Notes: a model not told the origin generated them from the sequence alone. A stretch of 64,000 bases of DNA from Candidatus Thorarchaeota archaeon (GCA_048883405.1 JBHLQS010000001.1:11257-75256); one strand, 5' to 3'. Counted from the first letter of the stretch, positions 27,216 through 37,526 are shown. Made by a program: numbers and translations.

Positions 27216-27443
27216 GTGTCACAGAATATGCCCATCAAAGCCCTTGAATCCGTTCTCAATGATGTCATTTCAATAAAACTAAAGGATCAACGAATCTTCC
27301 GAGGGCGGCTCACTAGGTGTGACATGTACATGAACTTGACATTAGCTGACGCAGAAGAGCTTGAGAATGAGGAAATTCGAGCCAAATATGGTCAGCTGTT
27401 GCTGCGAGGAAATAACATTCTCTGGATTCAGATCCCTGAATAA
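27216..27443 (+). CDS. Sm-like archaeal protein (SmAP/LSm)
   Basis: Sm1/Sm2 motifs IKLKDQRIFRGRLTRCDMYMNLTLADAEE...LLRGNNI. Confidence 0.8.
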   Translation: MSQNMPIKALESVLNDVISIKLKDQRIFRGRLTRCDMYMNLTLADAEELENEEIRAKYGQLLLRGNNILWIQIPE

Positions 27444-27461
27444 AGTCCTCTCGATTTCCTT

Positions 27462-29537
27462 TTAACGTTCGATTTCCCGTTGATATCGTTCAACAAGTTC
27501 GACAAGCTCGTCCTCGCCTTTCTGGCGTGCTTTCTCACGTACTCTGGCGATGAATGATTGAAGCTGTGTTTCAAACTTCTTTCTACTAATGAATGCAAAC
27601 TCATCGACCCTCTGCAATTCAACTTCTTCTGCATTTATGACGGGAATTACAGATTGCACCAGCTCTTCTTCTGACAGGTGCGACAAAGGAGTGTCTACAA
27701 TCACTGCACGAATGCCACAATCAATCAATAGCCCTGCCGTTTGAGGCCCGCCACCGCTAGCATCCTCGAAAAGAACGATGTCGCCGGACTTCAAGCCCAC
27801 ATTCTGGATGTATTCCTCTATACTCTCTCTTGTGAAATGAGAAACTGACTTAATGGCAAGCATATCACCCCGAATCTCACGGCGTTTTACACCCCTGAGA
27901 TTCTCTAAACGCCCCTTCAGTTGCTCGATCTCTTTCTTGAGGCGCTTCACCTCGCGTCTCGACTGTTCGAGTTCATTGTCTTTCTTCACAACTTCTCGAT
28001 CTCGTTTGATTTTCCAGTAGTTCTCTTCTGAAATGATGTCCAAGCTGTCTGTCAGTTCACTCTCTCGAAACTGTAAGAACTCTACAAAACGCTCTAGATC
28101 TTCAACTCTCTCACCAAGTACAATGTTTTCAGCCTCGGTTTCTGCGTGCTTGCTGAGAAGCGAATCGAATCGTTCCTGTGTAAGCGTATCCTCCTCCCTA
28201 ATCGGCTCTGCAGCAATCTCGACCTCTTTCGACTCCTCATGGAGAAGGCTGGCCATGGCTTCTTTCATTGACATTCCCTTGATGACCAATGCTTTCAATT
28301 GATTTCTATCCACAGGAAGCTGTTCATCACGAATCTTTCGTTCTATCTGCTGAAGCTTTGGCTGGATACTCCGAAATGCATACACTGCGGCTGTGAGAGC
28401 ATCTCGCTCGTGAGCATTTCGTATCTTGAAACCGTCAGAAAACTCCCTTGCTAGCTCTTGCTTATCTGAAACTGGAATTTCGCGCCTTGGGATATATAGC
28501 TCCGCGTTCACAGTGCTTGCTATCTTCTTCACGAAGTGCGGTACAGGAGTGACATCTGTTGCAACCATTACAGGAATTCCTTGTTCATACACCTGCCTAA
28601 TGATGTCAGCTCTCGTCAGCGACTTCCCACTCACAAGTCGGTGTATCTTTCCATCCAGTGTCATCATGCATATTGCTGCTGTAGATCCTGGATCAATTCC
28701 TAAGATAAAGTACCTTGGTCGCAAGGCACTGGGAGTGGGTTTTGGCTCAAGAGGAAGGAATTCAACTCTCTTTCTAACTGGCGATATGAGTATCTTGAAA
28801 TCTCCAGCACGTTTTGATTCAATCAATGAACGGATATTTGGTAGAGGCGCGTATGCGATTATTCGGGCACTTGCGTAGCCAAAATCAGAACTCCTAATAT
28901 CAATGTCATAGTCGATCTTTGCGATCTTCAGTTGTTCTTCAATGTGTCTTGTCATTTGCTGAATCTGTGAGTGAACCTTACGCCTGAAACGATTTGCACT
29001 CTGGCCGCCTCGACCAGGTTTTCTACCACGGGCCACCTTAATCTCAGTCTGCTCTCCAAAACATTCCAAACTGTATCCGATTCCCATCATGGCCAACTGT
29101 GCTGCAAGATGAGCGGATTCGAGAGGTGTTGGTTTTCCACGAACGCCTAATCCATGTCTCTTTGCAAGTCTCTTCAAAGACACTTGATGAGGTGGGACTC
29201 CCGTCACCTGAACCATTCGAGTTTCTGCCGGTATTTTATCAACAAAATGGAAGAGAGATTTGCTATCAGGTACAATTTCAAAGATATTATCAGTGCATAG
29301 CCATTTGGGGCGAATTTCTCGAACTAATTTCAAAAGCGTTTGACGAGATATCTCAGGATGCTCGTTGAGAAGAACTCCTCCATGCATAATCGCGCATGCG
29401 AACTTTGGACTCCTCTTAGACTTTGGACTTTGGCCTGGAAGGATGTCAAATCCCATTATGAATACGCTTTCATCGCCCATGGGCTCTGCACTCGATTGGT
29501 CGTTCGTTGTTGTGGCTATAAGGATTGACATCGGCAT
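27462..29537 (-). CDS. COG2433/DUF460-type predicted RNase H-fold (RuvC/YqgF-like) nuclease with long coiled-coil region
   Basis: YFILGIDPGSTAAICMMTLDGK (RuvC-like start of the RNase H fold); central E/R/K-rich coiled coil; length about 690 aa. Confidence 0.5.
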   Translation of the reverse strand: MPMSILIATTTNDQSSAEPMGDESVFIMGFDILPGQSPKSKRSPKFACAIMHGGVLLNEHPEISRQTLLKLVREIRPKWLCTDNIFEIVPDSKSLFHFVDKIPAETRMVQVTGVPPHQVSLKRLAKRHGLGVRGKPTPLESAHLAAQLAMMGIGYSLECFGEQTEIKVARGRKPGRGGQSANRFRRKVHSQIQQMTRHIEEQLKIAKIDYDIDIRSSDFGYASARIIAYAPLPNIRSLIESKRAGDFKILISPVRKRVEFLPLEPKPTPSALRPRYFILGIDPGSTAAICMMTLDGKIHRLVSGKSLTRADIIRQVYEQGIPVMVATDVTPVPHFVKKIASTVNAELYIPRREIPVSDKQELAREFSDGFKIRNAHERDALTAAVYAFRSIQPKLQQIERKIRDEQLPVDRNQLKALVIKGMSMKEAMASLLHEESKEVEIAAEPIREEDTLTQERFDSLLSKHAETEAENIVLGERVEDLERFVEFLQFRESELTDSLDIISEENYWKIKRDREVVKKDNELEQSRREVKRLKKEIEQLKGRLENLRGVKRREIRGDMLAIKSVSHFTRESIEEYIQNVGLKSGDIVLFEDASGGGPQTAGLLIDCGIRAVIVDTPLSHLSEEELVQSVIPVINAEEVELQRVDEFAFISRKKFETQLQSFIARVREKARQKGEDELVELVERYQREIER

Positions 29538-29588
29538 AGAAGCGCACTAGCGAAAGGAGTATACACAAACAACAAGTATAATAAAGAC

Positions 29589-29909
29589 TTGCTTGAGCAA
29601 CAGGCTAACTCATGCGAGGTGTTACTACTGTCTGAAACACTGCAAATTGACAAGGACGATGCTATTGAACGCATTGGACGAGCGCTTTCATCTGGAACTA
29701 GGCTAAAGATACTCAAACTCCTTCTGCAGGGTGAGAAGGATGTGACAAGAGTGGCACGACACCTCGGGGGAACAGAGGCGAATGCCAGTGCCCAAATCAA
29801 GATACTCTACGAAGCGGGCCTACTGGAGTGCCGCTACGAACCCGGGCAACATGGTCTGAAGAAAATATCAAAGACAAAGGTCAAACGCATCATAATTGAT
29901 TTGGAATAG
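29589..29909 (+). CDS. ArsR-type winged-helix transcriptional regulator
   Basis: SSGTRLKILKLLLQGEKDVTRVARHLGGTEANASAQIKILYEAGLL is HTH-like. Confidence 0.5.
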   Translation: MLEQQANSCEVLLLSETLQIDKDDAIERIGRALSSGTRLKILKLLLQGEKDVTRVARHLGGTEANASAQIKILYEAGLLECRYEPGQHGLKKISKTKVKRIIIDLE

Positions 29910-29973
29910 TGACTTCCATTCGACCTCATCCGGAAATGCTGGGTGAGGTTCTCGCTCCTTTCATCCTGACATT

Positions 29974-30489
29974 CTAGGTGGTGAGATGTGCCTTCCATCG
30001 TCGAATTCGTTCAAGGATGTTATCTCGTTCTTCTAGTCGAATTCCCTTTTTGCCTCTGGCGTGGAGAAATTTCAATACCACATCAATGTCCCGTACGACC
30101 TTCTCATTAGCCGAATGTTCTTGAATAAGATACTCTCTAGCAGCTTCGAGATATTCTGCTATGACCTTGGCAGTTGCCTCTCCAGCCTGTAATTCCTGTG
30201 ATATGGGATCAAGAACAATCGAAACATTCTCATTTGTCAGGGGAGTGCCTGCTGATTCTTCCGTTGGCAAGCTTGTAGCTAATAATGATTCATCTGTGTC
30301 TTTCTTTTTGGTTGCAGCCGAAGCCTTAGAGAATGTGGGAGCTGGTGAAAGTGAGGGGCTAGATTCAAAATTCTCATCTGCCAAATCCAATTGGCGTCTG
30401 AGCTCGTGGAGCTGGTCAAATATCTCAACAAGTCCAGATTGCATAATGTCGATGATCTTCTTAATTTCTTCAAGGTTCTTATCAGACAA
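29974..30489 (-). CDS. Hypothetical protein downstream of herA (TTG start in the ORF track; true start uncertain)
   Basis: No motif; helical ends with a low-complexity S/T/P middle. Confidence 0.25.
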   Translation of the reverse strand: MSDKNLEEIKKIIDIMQSGLVEIFDQLHELRRQLDLADENFESSPSLSPAPTFSKASAATKKKDTDESLLATSLPTEESAGTPLTNENVSIVLDPISQELQAGEATAKVIAEYLEAAREYLIQEHSANEKVVRDIDVVLKFLHARGKKGIRLEERDNILERIRRWKAHLTT

Positions 30490-30594
30490 ACGCAGGGCCC
30501 CCGCATGTCCAGTAGGTGCTTTGAGGAGAGCTGATGTTTTTTCTTTTTGACTGTTGTGGGAATAGCCTCTAACTGGAGAATACTATAGGTCAGT

Positions 30595-32109
30595 CTATTT
30601 GTCAGCCTTTTTCAGAGCCTCAGATAGACCTTGGTTGAGTCCGGATGGTTCAAAAAGCCTCCTGCGAATCTTAACAAATGTGGGAACTGAAACTGTTTCT
30701 CCTACAAAAAGCGCCTCCCCTACTTCAAGTGTAGTTATGGTGTCCAATGACGCCCGATCAATGCCTTCACTACTGCGTCCAATATGTTCAAGGTCGTAGG
30801 GGTTCGTTGCTCTAAGGATTGCTTGATTGCTGCACTGACTCAACACGGTCGTCGAGAGTTTTACAGGTCTTTGTGAAACCAAGCAGAGTAATGCAAAGAA
30901 CTTGCGTCCTTCCCGTGCTATGGTTTCGATTCGACTCTTAGGAAGGGCAAGCTCATGTCGACTCTCCGGACAAAACTGATGGGCTTCCTCCAAGACCAAA
31001 AGAAATGGAGGAATTGAGCCTCGACGCCTCAGAAACATGAGCTCGCTTACCAAATGCGACACGACAATTTGTTTCTTCTTTAGACTGATGAAGTCGCTCA
31101 AGTCAATGAGGGTTAGCTTCCCAGGTTTAATGATGCTCTTGAGATTCGGAATACCTTCCTTGCCAAATAATCCGGTTTCTTCTAGATTAACAAGCCATCC
31201 TACAAGAGCCTCTCTTGTGTTCTTGCTTATAGTTTCATCAGTCCTGACATAGTCAATGATATCATCAAGTGTATATCCATTCTTTGAATCCTTGCGCATT
31301 ATAGAGACTACTCGTCTTAGATCACGGACTTGAATGGCACTCATGTCAGCAACTAGAGACCCTATAGCTTCAGCTGCCAAAGATTGCACTGGAATTTGAA
31401 TATGTGACCCTCGAAGATGCTCTACATCGACTTCGAGGTCTGTCACACCTAATATGTCACTTGTGAGATCCTTTAGGTACGTATATTCTCCATGCACGTC
31501 AACAACAATCACTGCCAGCCTACCTTGTTTCTTCGTGCGTGCTAGCAGCTCTTCAAGAAGAATGGAAACAAAGTAAGACTTCCCCGCACCACTCATGGCT
31601 AATATGGCTAGATGCTTTGAAAGGAGCCGATTGATAGATGGTTTGAACTCCAGAGTGTGATGAGCCAGATTACCTAAGTTGAGTCCATCCGTGTCATCAA
31701 GATTCAAGAAAGCAGCTAGCACTTCGCTGTCTGCCTTGCTTACTCGTGCTCCTGGAGATACGGCGAAGTATGGACGGACTGACCTGTTTGCTGACCACAG
31801 ACCAAGGACTTGGGTTCTAGCAACGGTATATTGCCAGCGGTCAGTAGGAAAGATTGAGCGGAGCGGCTCTCCCCTAGATTGATATTCTCTTACGGCCTCG
31901 GCATGCTGGTAATATCGGTTGACTCTCACTAGGTCCTGTACTCTAGCAATGACTATCTGATCGTTATTTGCTACTGAAACGAACTCTCCCCGTCTTACTA
32001 CTAACTCATGAGCTTCTCCTTCAACAACGAAGGAAAACTCCATGACGCTTGGTGAATCTTGTTCGCAGATCACGGTGCCAATCGGTGTGAATGACGATAT
32101 TTCAGACAA
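30595..32109 (-). CDS. herA: HerA hexameric DNA helicase/translocase
   Basis: Walker A AMSGAGKSYF, Walker B LLVLEEAH, HAS-barrel N-terminus; partnered with nurA. Confidence 0.85.
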   Translation of the reverse strand: MSEISSFTPIGTVICEQDSPSVMEFSFVVEGEAHELVVRRGEFVSVANNDQIVIARVQDLVRVNRYYQHAEAVREYQSRGEPLRSIFPTDRWQYTVARTQVLGLWSANRSVRPYFAVSPGARVSKADSEVLAAFLNLDDTDGLNLGNLAHHTLEFKPSINRLLSKHLAILAMSGAGKSYFVSILLEELLARTKKQGRLAVIVVDVHGEYTYLKDLTSDILGVTDLEVDVEHLRGSHIQIPVQSLAAEAIGSLVADMSAIQVRDLRRVVSIMRKDSKNGYTLDDIIDYVRTDETISKNTREALVGWLVNLEETGLFGKEGIPNLKSIIKPGKLTLIDLSDFISLKKKQIVVSHLVSELMFLRRRGSIPPFLLVLEEAHQFCPESRHELALPKSRIETIAREGRKFFALLCLVSQRPVKLSTTVLSQCSNQAILRATNPYDLEHIGRSSEGIDRASLDTITTLEVGEALFVGETVSVPTFVKIRRRLFEPSGLNQGLSEALKKADK

Positions 32110-32112
32110 ATA

Positions 32113-33270
32113 TTAACCTCCAAATGGGTTTCTTGACCGTCTTCTCTCAAGTGTCGCATAGGTAAGACCGGAAAGGGCCATCAATCGATCGACAATGAGT
32201 TGTGTTTCGTTGTTACTGATTCGTGCTCGCGCATCCGCTTCCAGCACTGGAGTAGGAATCCCATACTCAGGATGCTGCCAAGAGAGAGGAAGAATAGCTG
32301 AGAGAGCCTTGTCTATCTGTGCAGACCCATTGCTTTCATCAACAAGAATCTCTATTCTGATAGGGAGGTCATCACGAGCAGTCTTCAAGTATGTGACCCA
32401 GATCGAAGATGCCCAATTCGAAAGGTCATCTGAGAGTGCATTTGTGTTTTGCACTAGCTCAGCAGAATACTTGAAGGCAAACGTCCGTTCACCCTCCTCG
32501 AGAAATGTATCAAGGAGGTCACAGTCTCTGGAGAATTTGAGGAGCCAACGATAGTCCACTCCTTGCATCATTTCGAAGACGCCTGGATTGCGTAGAACAT
32601 GCGGAAGAATGTCACTTAGGATACCGACTATTCGAGTCGCCCGACTATCCTTTACTATCCCTGCTAGGATTGTTTTCTTCTCTCTGGCCTTATGATAGAG
32701 CTGTCTATACATAGCCACTACTTCCTGAAACTTCTCATAGACAGCTGATCCAGCGCTTGGCCGGTCTCGTGGATGATAGAACAGGGAACCATCCACTAGA
32801 ATCAGGTCAACATAGAACTCATCGAGGATAGACAGGGTGACTTCTAGTTCTGCAGCAATGCGCTCAAGGGAACCAAGTTGGTCAAGTTCTGGGCTTGGTA
32901 ATGTAAGCATCACTGGTCTGATAGTTGGCTCAGGAAAAGCACTCGGAAAGAAGTCCACGTTTGGGCCTGCTTCTGGACCGAATTTAAAGACCACTGCTAT
33001 GCCACGAGTGAGTATCAAATCTATCGATCTGAACCGCCTTCTGATAAGACCCCCATCAACTCCTGCAATTCTCAGTCCAGACAAATCTGTGGGCTCAATC
33101 ATCTTAGAGAATTGTGTTTCCACAGCGTCTGCCGCGAGTGCGGGATATCGACCCAAATCCAGCTCTCCTTTGATTCGTGATAGAACAGATCCAAACCGCT
33201 TTCTAGTGTCCTCAACATGTTCAATCTCCTCGACTAATATGGCAAGCATTGAGTCAAGGTTGTGGTCCAC
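32113..33270 (-). CDS. nurA: NurA 5'-3' nuclease
   Basis: RNase H-like motifs IAGVDGG and LVDGSLFY; 4-nt spacing to herA. Confidence 0.75.
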   Translation of the reverse strand: MDHNLDSMLAILVEEIEHVEDTRKRFGSVLSRIKGELDLGRYPALAADAVETQFSKMIEPTDLSGLRIAGVDGGLIRRRFRSIDLILTRGIAVVFKFGPEAGPNVDFFPSAFPEPTIRPVMLTLPSPELDQLGSLERIAAELEVTLSILDEFYVDLILVDGSLFYHPRDRPSAGSAVYEKFQEVVAMYRQLYHKAREKKTILAGIVKDSRATRIVGILSDILPHVLRNPGVFEMMQGVDYRWLLKFSRDCDLLDTFLEEGERTFAFKYSAELVQNTNALSDDLSNWASSIWVTYLKTARDDLPIRIEILVDESNGSAQIDKALSAILPLSWQHPEYGIPTPVLEADARARISNNETQLIVDRLMALSGLTYATLERRRSRNPFGG

Positions 33271-34946
33271 TACGCTTTCCCTCTCTGTTTCTTGTATTCA
33301 AGAGATGCTCTAATAAGGCCCAAGTAGAGAGGGTGTGGAGAGTCAGGACGAGACTTGAACTCAGGATGGAATTGAACACCTATCCAGAAAGGATGGTCGA
33401 CCAGTTCCACAGCGTTGATTATCTCACCGCTGGTATCATAGGCAGAAACAATCAATCCTTGTTCCTTCATTCTATTGACATACCTGTCGATGAGATGAAA
33501 TCTGTGTCTGAACCGTTCCCTAGTGGTTGTCTTTCCATAAATGCTGTGAAGCTTTGTTCCCTCCAGAATGGAAACCTCATGACCGCCCAAACGCATTGTC
33601 CCGCCCTTGTCATCTACGCCCTTTTGTTCGTCCATTAGATCTATGACGGGATAGAGACTGTCTGCATCTACTTCTGTGGTATGTGCACCTTTCCAGTCCA
33701 TCATTTTCCTCGCAAAGGCCACGGTTCCCAGCTGAGCGCCATAGCAGATTCCTAGTAGTGGAATCTTAAGATCAAAGGTCAATGTAGCAGCACAAATCAT
33801 GCCTTCGACACCACGCTCACCAAATCCTGGTGTCAAGAGCACTCCATCTACATCCTGCAGGTCCTCACGAAGACTTGCCTCATCACAACGCTCTTCAGTT
33901 TCAATCCACTTGATTGTCACTCGAGCGCCGCAGGCTGCTGCAGCATGATGCAGCGCCTCATTGATGCTCTTGTATGAATCACTGAGTGTCGTATATTTGC
34001 CGGGCATTGCAATGGTTATACTATCAGGAAGAGATTCAAACGTCTTGACCATATCATGCCATTGCTGGGTATCAGGCGTATGGTTCTCTAGACCTAAATG
34101 ATTGGTTAGAATGCTTCCGAGACCTTGATTCTCGAATGACAAGGGCAGTCGATAAATAACTGGTATATCAGGATTGGAAATGACCCTATTCTCAGGAACG
34201 TTGCAGAAGAGAGCAATCTTGCTCTCTGCCGAAGGAGGCAACTCTCTTTCAGCTCGGCAAATTATTACATCAGGCTGAAGACCAAGACCTTGAAGAGTCC
34301 TAACACTGTGTTGGGTTGGTTTGGTCTTGAACTCTCCAACAGAGCCGATGTAAGGAACAAGTGTCACATGTACAAGAGCAACTCTTTCATGACCAACTTC
34401 ACTGACCAACTGACGAACTGCCTCAAGAAATGGCATTGCTTCGATATCCCCTGCGGTACCTCCTATTTCCACCAGCAGTACATCGGGTTTTTGCTCTTCT
34501 ACGACCTTCCAGATTCGATATTTTATCCTGTCTGTGACATGAGGGATTATCTGAACGGTTCTGCCCAGGAAGCTTCCCTTTCGTTCTCCTAGAATTACTG
34601 AAACATAGATCTGACCTGATGTGATGTTTTGAGAAGGATGAACTTCCATCCCAGTAAACCGTTCATATGTACCAAAATCCAAGTCAATCTCAGAGATTAT
34701 GAACTCAAATCCCTCCGCAGGACAAAACGCCCATGGCTGATCTGTTACAAACACCTCCCCATGTTCAACGGGGTTCAATGTTCCTGGATCAATGTTCAGA
34801 TAGGGATCTATTTTCATTATGCCAATTTTATATCCTCGAAATTGGAAGAGCTTTGCAATTGATGCTGTTGTGACACCTTTCCCAATTCCAGAGAGCACGC
34901 CCCCTGTAACAAAAACAAAGCGGGTCTGGTCTTGATTTGTGTTCAA
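33270..34946 (-). CDS. pyrG: CTP synthase
   Basis: N-terminus FVFVTGGVLSGIGKGVTTASI, GATase domain with GICYGAQ. Confidence 0.9.
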   Translation of the reverse strand: MNTNQDQTRFVFVTGGVLSGIGKGVTTASIAKLFQFRGYKIGIMKIDPYLNIDPGTLNPVEHGEVFVTDQPWAFCPAEGFEFIISEIDLDFGTYERFTGMEVHPSQNITSGQIYVSVILGERKGSFLGRTVQIIPHVTDRIKYRIWKVVEEQKPDVLLVEIGGTAGDIEAMPFLEAVRQLVSEVGHERVALVHVTLVPYIGSVGEFKTKPTQHSVRTLQGLGLQPDVIICRAERELPPSAESKIALFCNVPENRVISNPDIPVIYRLPLSFENQGLGSILTNHLGLENHTPDTQQWHDMVKTFESLPDSITIAMPGKYTTLSDSYKSINEALHHAAAACGARVTIKWIETEERCDEASLREDLQDVDGVLLTPGFGERGVEGMICAATLTFDLKIPLLGICYGAQLGTVAFARKMMDWKGAHTTEVDADSLYPVIDLMDEQKGVDDKGGTMRLGGHEVSILEGTKLHSIYGKTTTRERFRHRFHLIDRYVNRMKEQGLIVSAYDTSGEIINAVELVDHPFWIGVQFHPEFKSRPDSPHPLYLGLIRASLEYKKQRGKA

Positions 34947-35067
34947 GAAGGATTCCTCGTGTTCTTGGCTCCGTCATATTCTATGGCTCAAGACTATGCG
35001 TCGCTGCTACGTGAGGTCGTATAAATCGTTCGTTGCAAATGCTTATTCTGCGCCCTTCTGATTCATA

Positions 35068-35646
35068 TTAGATTGGCTTTGTGAGAACACTTGCACGCAT
35101 AGCGTTTCGAAAGAGATGTTGAAATGCCTCAAGAATATTAAAGCCATCCTTGGCTATGCTTTTGAACACAGGAACGACCCGCGGAAGTCTTAGACGTTCC
35201 CGTATTTCGTCTTCTTGAACCGCTCCGGGAAGGTCCTGTTTGTTGAGGCAGACAACTATTGGCAGGGGTCGTTCCTCCTCCGCCACCAATGCCACCAGCT
35301 CATTCCAACTTGCCTGATTCTCTTGCAACAGGTGTTCCTGAGAGTCAACCATGAAAACAACTCCGTCTGCACCTACAAGGACCACTTCTCTAGTTGACCT
35401 ATAGAAGTCTTGACCAGTTGCGGACCACACATGAGCGTTAATCTTCCAGCTGTTTCCCAATGCAAATGGAATTGTGCCAAAATCGCAGAACATGGTCCTC
35501 CCCACAGTGTTCTCAATGGATGTCAGTTTGTCTGCATAATCAAGGCTTGAGAAGAGCCATCGTATGGCAGTGGTTTTGCCACTCATTGCAGGACCAAAGA
35601 ACACTATTTTGAGACCGACCGTACGAGTACCATAGTCTATAATCAT
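35068..35646 (-). CDS. MglA-like small Ras-superfamily GTPase
   Basis: G1 GPAMSGKTT, G3 WSATGQD, G4 NKQD; last gene of a three-gene unit with Roadblock protein. Confidence 0.7.
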   Translation of the reverse strand: MIIDYGTRTVGLKIVFFGPAMSGKTTAIRWLFSSLDYADKLTSIENTVGRTMFCDFGTIPFALGNSWKINAHVWSATGQDFYRSTREVVLVGADGVVFMVDSQEHLLQENQASWNELVALVAEEERPLPIVVCLNKQDLPGAVQEDEIRERLRLPRVVPVFKSIAKDGFNILEAFQHLFRNAMRASVLTKPI

Positions 35647-35661
35647 CCCTTCACTCCCTGA

Positions 35662-36582
35662 TCACGTTCCCCACATACTATCAACCCATGCACCAAGGCC
35701 CGACAAGGCACCGGACTTCACGCAGTCAGAAAAGTCCTCGTGCCATTCTGCGTGGATGAATCGAATGAGGTCAGACAGATCGCCGCCTTCCCATCCAATT
35801 GCCTCATACAGATTTCTCTCGGTCAGTGCAGTGGATGCGCCAAGTTCCCTGGCTAGACGGATTCTAGATAATAGAGTAACTGCTCTTCTGGCTGCATGTA
35901 CATAGTTGCTTATTTCTTCATCAAAAACATCATGCGTCAGTTTCTCAGATTCATCATCAAGCTTCAAGACTGCATTTATGATGCCGCTTGATACGTTGAC
36001 GTCACGAAGTGATTTTCTCAGAAGGCGCCTTATTCTCTCGAGAGATTGACGTTTTCGAGTCAGAATCTTAGTAACTATCTTCTTCTCCACCTCCAAATTG
36101 CTGCTACATGGCTCTATGAGGGAGAAGTTCATCGATGAAGGAGAGTCAACCCTCAAGATCCCACAATTGCTGGAACGCTGTAGCACTCGATGAATCACCG
36201 TTTGCATCATCTCTTCATCTACATGCATTCCTAACACATTAGCTCCTATAGGGATTGCAAGAAGCCACCCAGGAAATCTTGTTATTCGTTCTAGAGCCAG
36301 CCGTAGGTTTGACGAAAGCCCGCAGATAATGGTCCTACTAACTTCATAGTTGTGCTTCTCCTCCTCCCATACTGCAAGAAGCTCGCTTTCGGAAGTGAAA
36401 TCACGCCAGAACACAAGCTTGTGATGGTGAGGGCATAGTGTAGTAAGGCTTTCAGTGATATCATCTACTAGTTCGACATCTTGACCAGTTACCAAGATAG
36501 GAAGACGATTCATCACGGAATTCAACAGAAGTGAAAAATCGTCCCCCAGTAGCTCAATCATTCGCATTATAGAATAAGTCAT
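35662..36582 (-). CDS. Hypothetical 306-aa protein encoded between the Roadblock and GTPase genes
   Basis: No recognisable motif; 4-nt overlap (ATGA) with the upstream Roadblock gene suggests translational coupling. Confidence 0.4.
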   Translation of the reverse strand: MTYSIMRMIELLGDDFSLLLNSVMNRLPILVTGQDVELVDDITESLTTLCPHHHKLVFWRDFTSESELLAVWEEEKHNYEVSRTIICGLSSNLRLALERITRFPGWLLAIPIGANVLGMHVDEEMMQTVIHRVLQRSSNCGILRVDSPSSMNFSLIEPCSSNLEVEKKIVTKILTRKRQSLERIRRLLRKSLRDVNVSSGIINAVLKLDDESEKLTHDVFDEEISNYVHAARRAVTLLSRIRLARELGASTALTERNLYEAIGWEGGDLSDLIRFIHAEWHEDFSDCVKSGALSGLGAWVDSMWGT

Positions 36583-37526
36583 GGCTCTCGCCTCGCCAAG
36601 ACTACTCCATTGTCATTGCCGCCAGCTAGAAGCAGCTCCCTGAGATCATCTGGAACTGAAGGGCGCATCACTTCGGCAGTACTAAGAACTCGCTTGATTT
36701 CCTCAATGTAGTGCTTGAGTAAGAGCCGCATGAGACCAAGTTTCTGACCTCCACGATTTACCCAAAGACTGAACACCCCGTTTGGTACAGCATAGATGAA
36801 GTGTCTTGTAGATCCCGCTTCGCAGAGAACAGTCTGAAGAGAGCTATTTCGGAGCGTTCGTACCACGCGTTCTGATGCATCATGTAGAGCAAATGACATT
36901 GCAGCAAGTCTATCATTAGTGAATCCCTCTAGAGAAACACGAACACCCCCACTGAGAGAGAGAAAGACCGAGTCGATATCAGGAATGCCATCATGAACCT
37001 GCCGTAATAGCGCTCTCAGTGTAAGAGCTTGAGACCGATCAAGCGAGATGATTGACCGTGATGTGGCATAGGAAGTATTTTGCCCTTCAGCTACAGCAAA
37101 TCCACTGAGAACGCGATGGGTTTCGTCAGTACTGTAGGAACGTAGTGGCGGGAGCCTTCCATCCACATGCTGTCGTAGCAAGAATGAAACACGAGACAAA
37201 CTGTCCTTCATCTCTATAAATAGCGCCGCAAGATTCACTCTGGGTGCAGTTGTAACGGTCAAGAAGTAGTTGGGATCATTGGGAAGTGAGGCAAGGAATA
37301 CTTTGGAGGTTTCGGACTCCATAAGAAGATACTTGAATTCGCCATGGATAAGACGCGCAACACCATAGATTGCACATGTTGATGATGCGACTGCGAATAC
37401 CTCTTCCTTGCTGAACCATACCCCAGCACTGGCAACGGGGAGCCCATCTTTCTGAATTAGGACTACATTTTCAACGCCAGCAATCATCTTTATGGTTTGC
37501 AGCGTTTCGTTTAGCTCGTCAGTCAA
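36579..37526 (-). CDS. Tandem Roadblock/LC7 (MglB-like) domain protein
   Basis: Two Roadblock-like segments: LQTIKMIAGVENVVLIQKDGLPVASAG...AVASSTCAIYG and FLSLSGGVRVSLEGF...AAMSFALHDASERVV. Confidence 0.6.
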   Translation of the reverse strand: MTDELNETLQTIKMIAGVENVVLIQKDGLPVASAGVWFSKEEVFAVASSTCAIYGVARLIHGEFKYLLMESETSKVFLASLPNDPNYFLTVTTAPRVNLAALFIEMKDSLSRVSFLLRQHVDGRLPPLRSYSTDETHRVLSGFAVAEGQNTSYATSRSIISLDRSQALTLRALLRQVHDGIPDIDSVFLSLSGGVRVSLEGFTNDRLAAMSFALHDASERVVRTLRNSSLQTVLCEAGSTRHFIYAVPNGVFSLWVNRGGQKLGLMRLLLKHYIEEIKRVLSTAEVMRPSVPDDLRELLLAGGNDNGVVLARREP

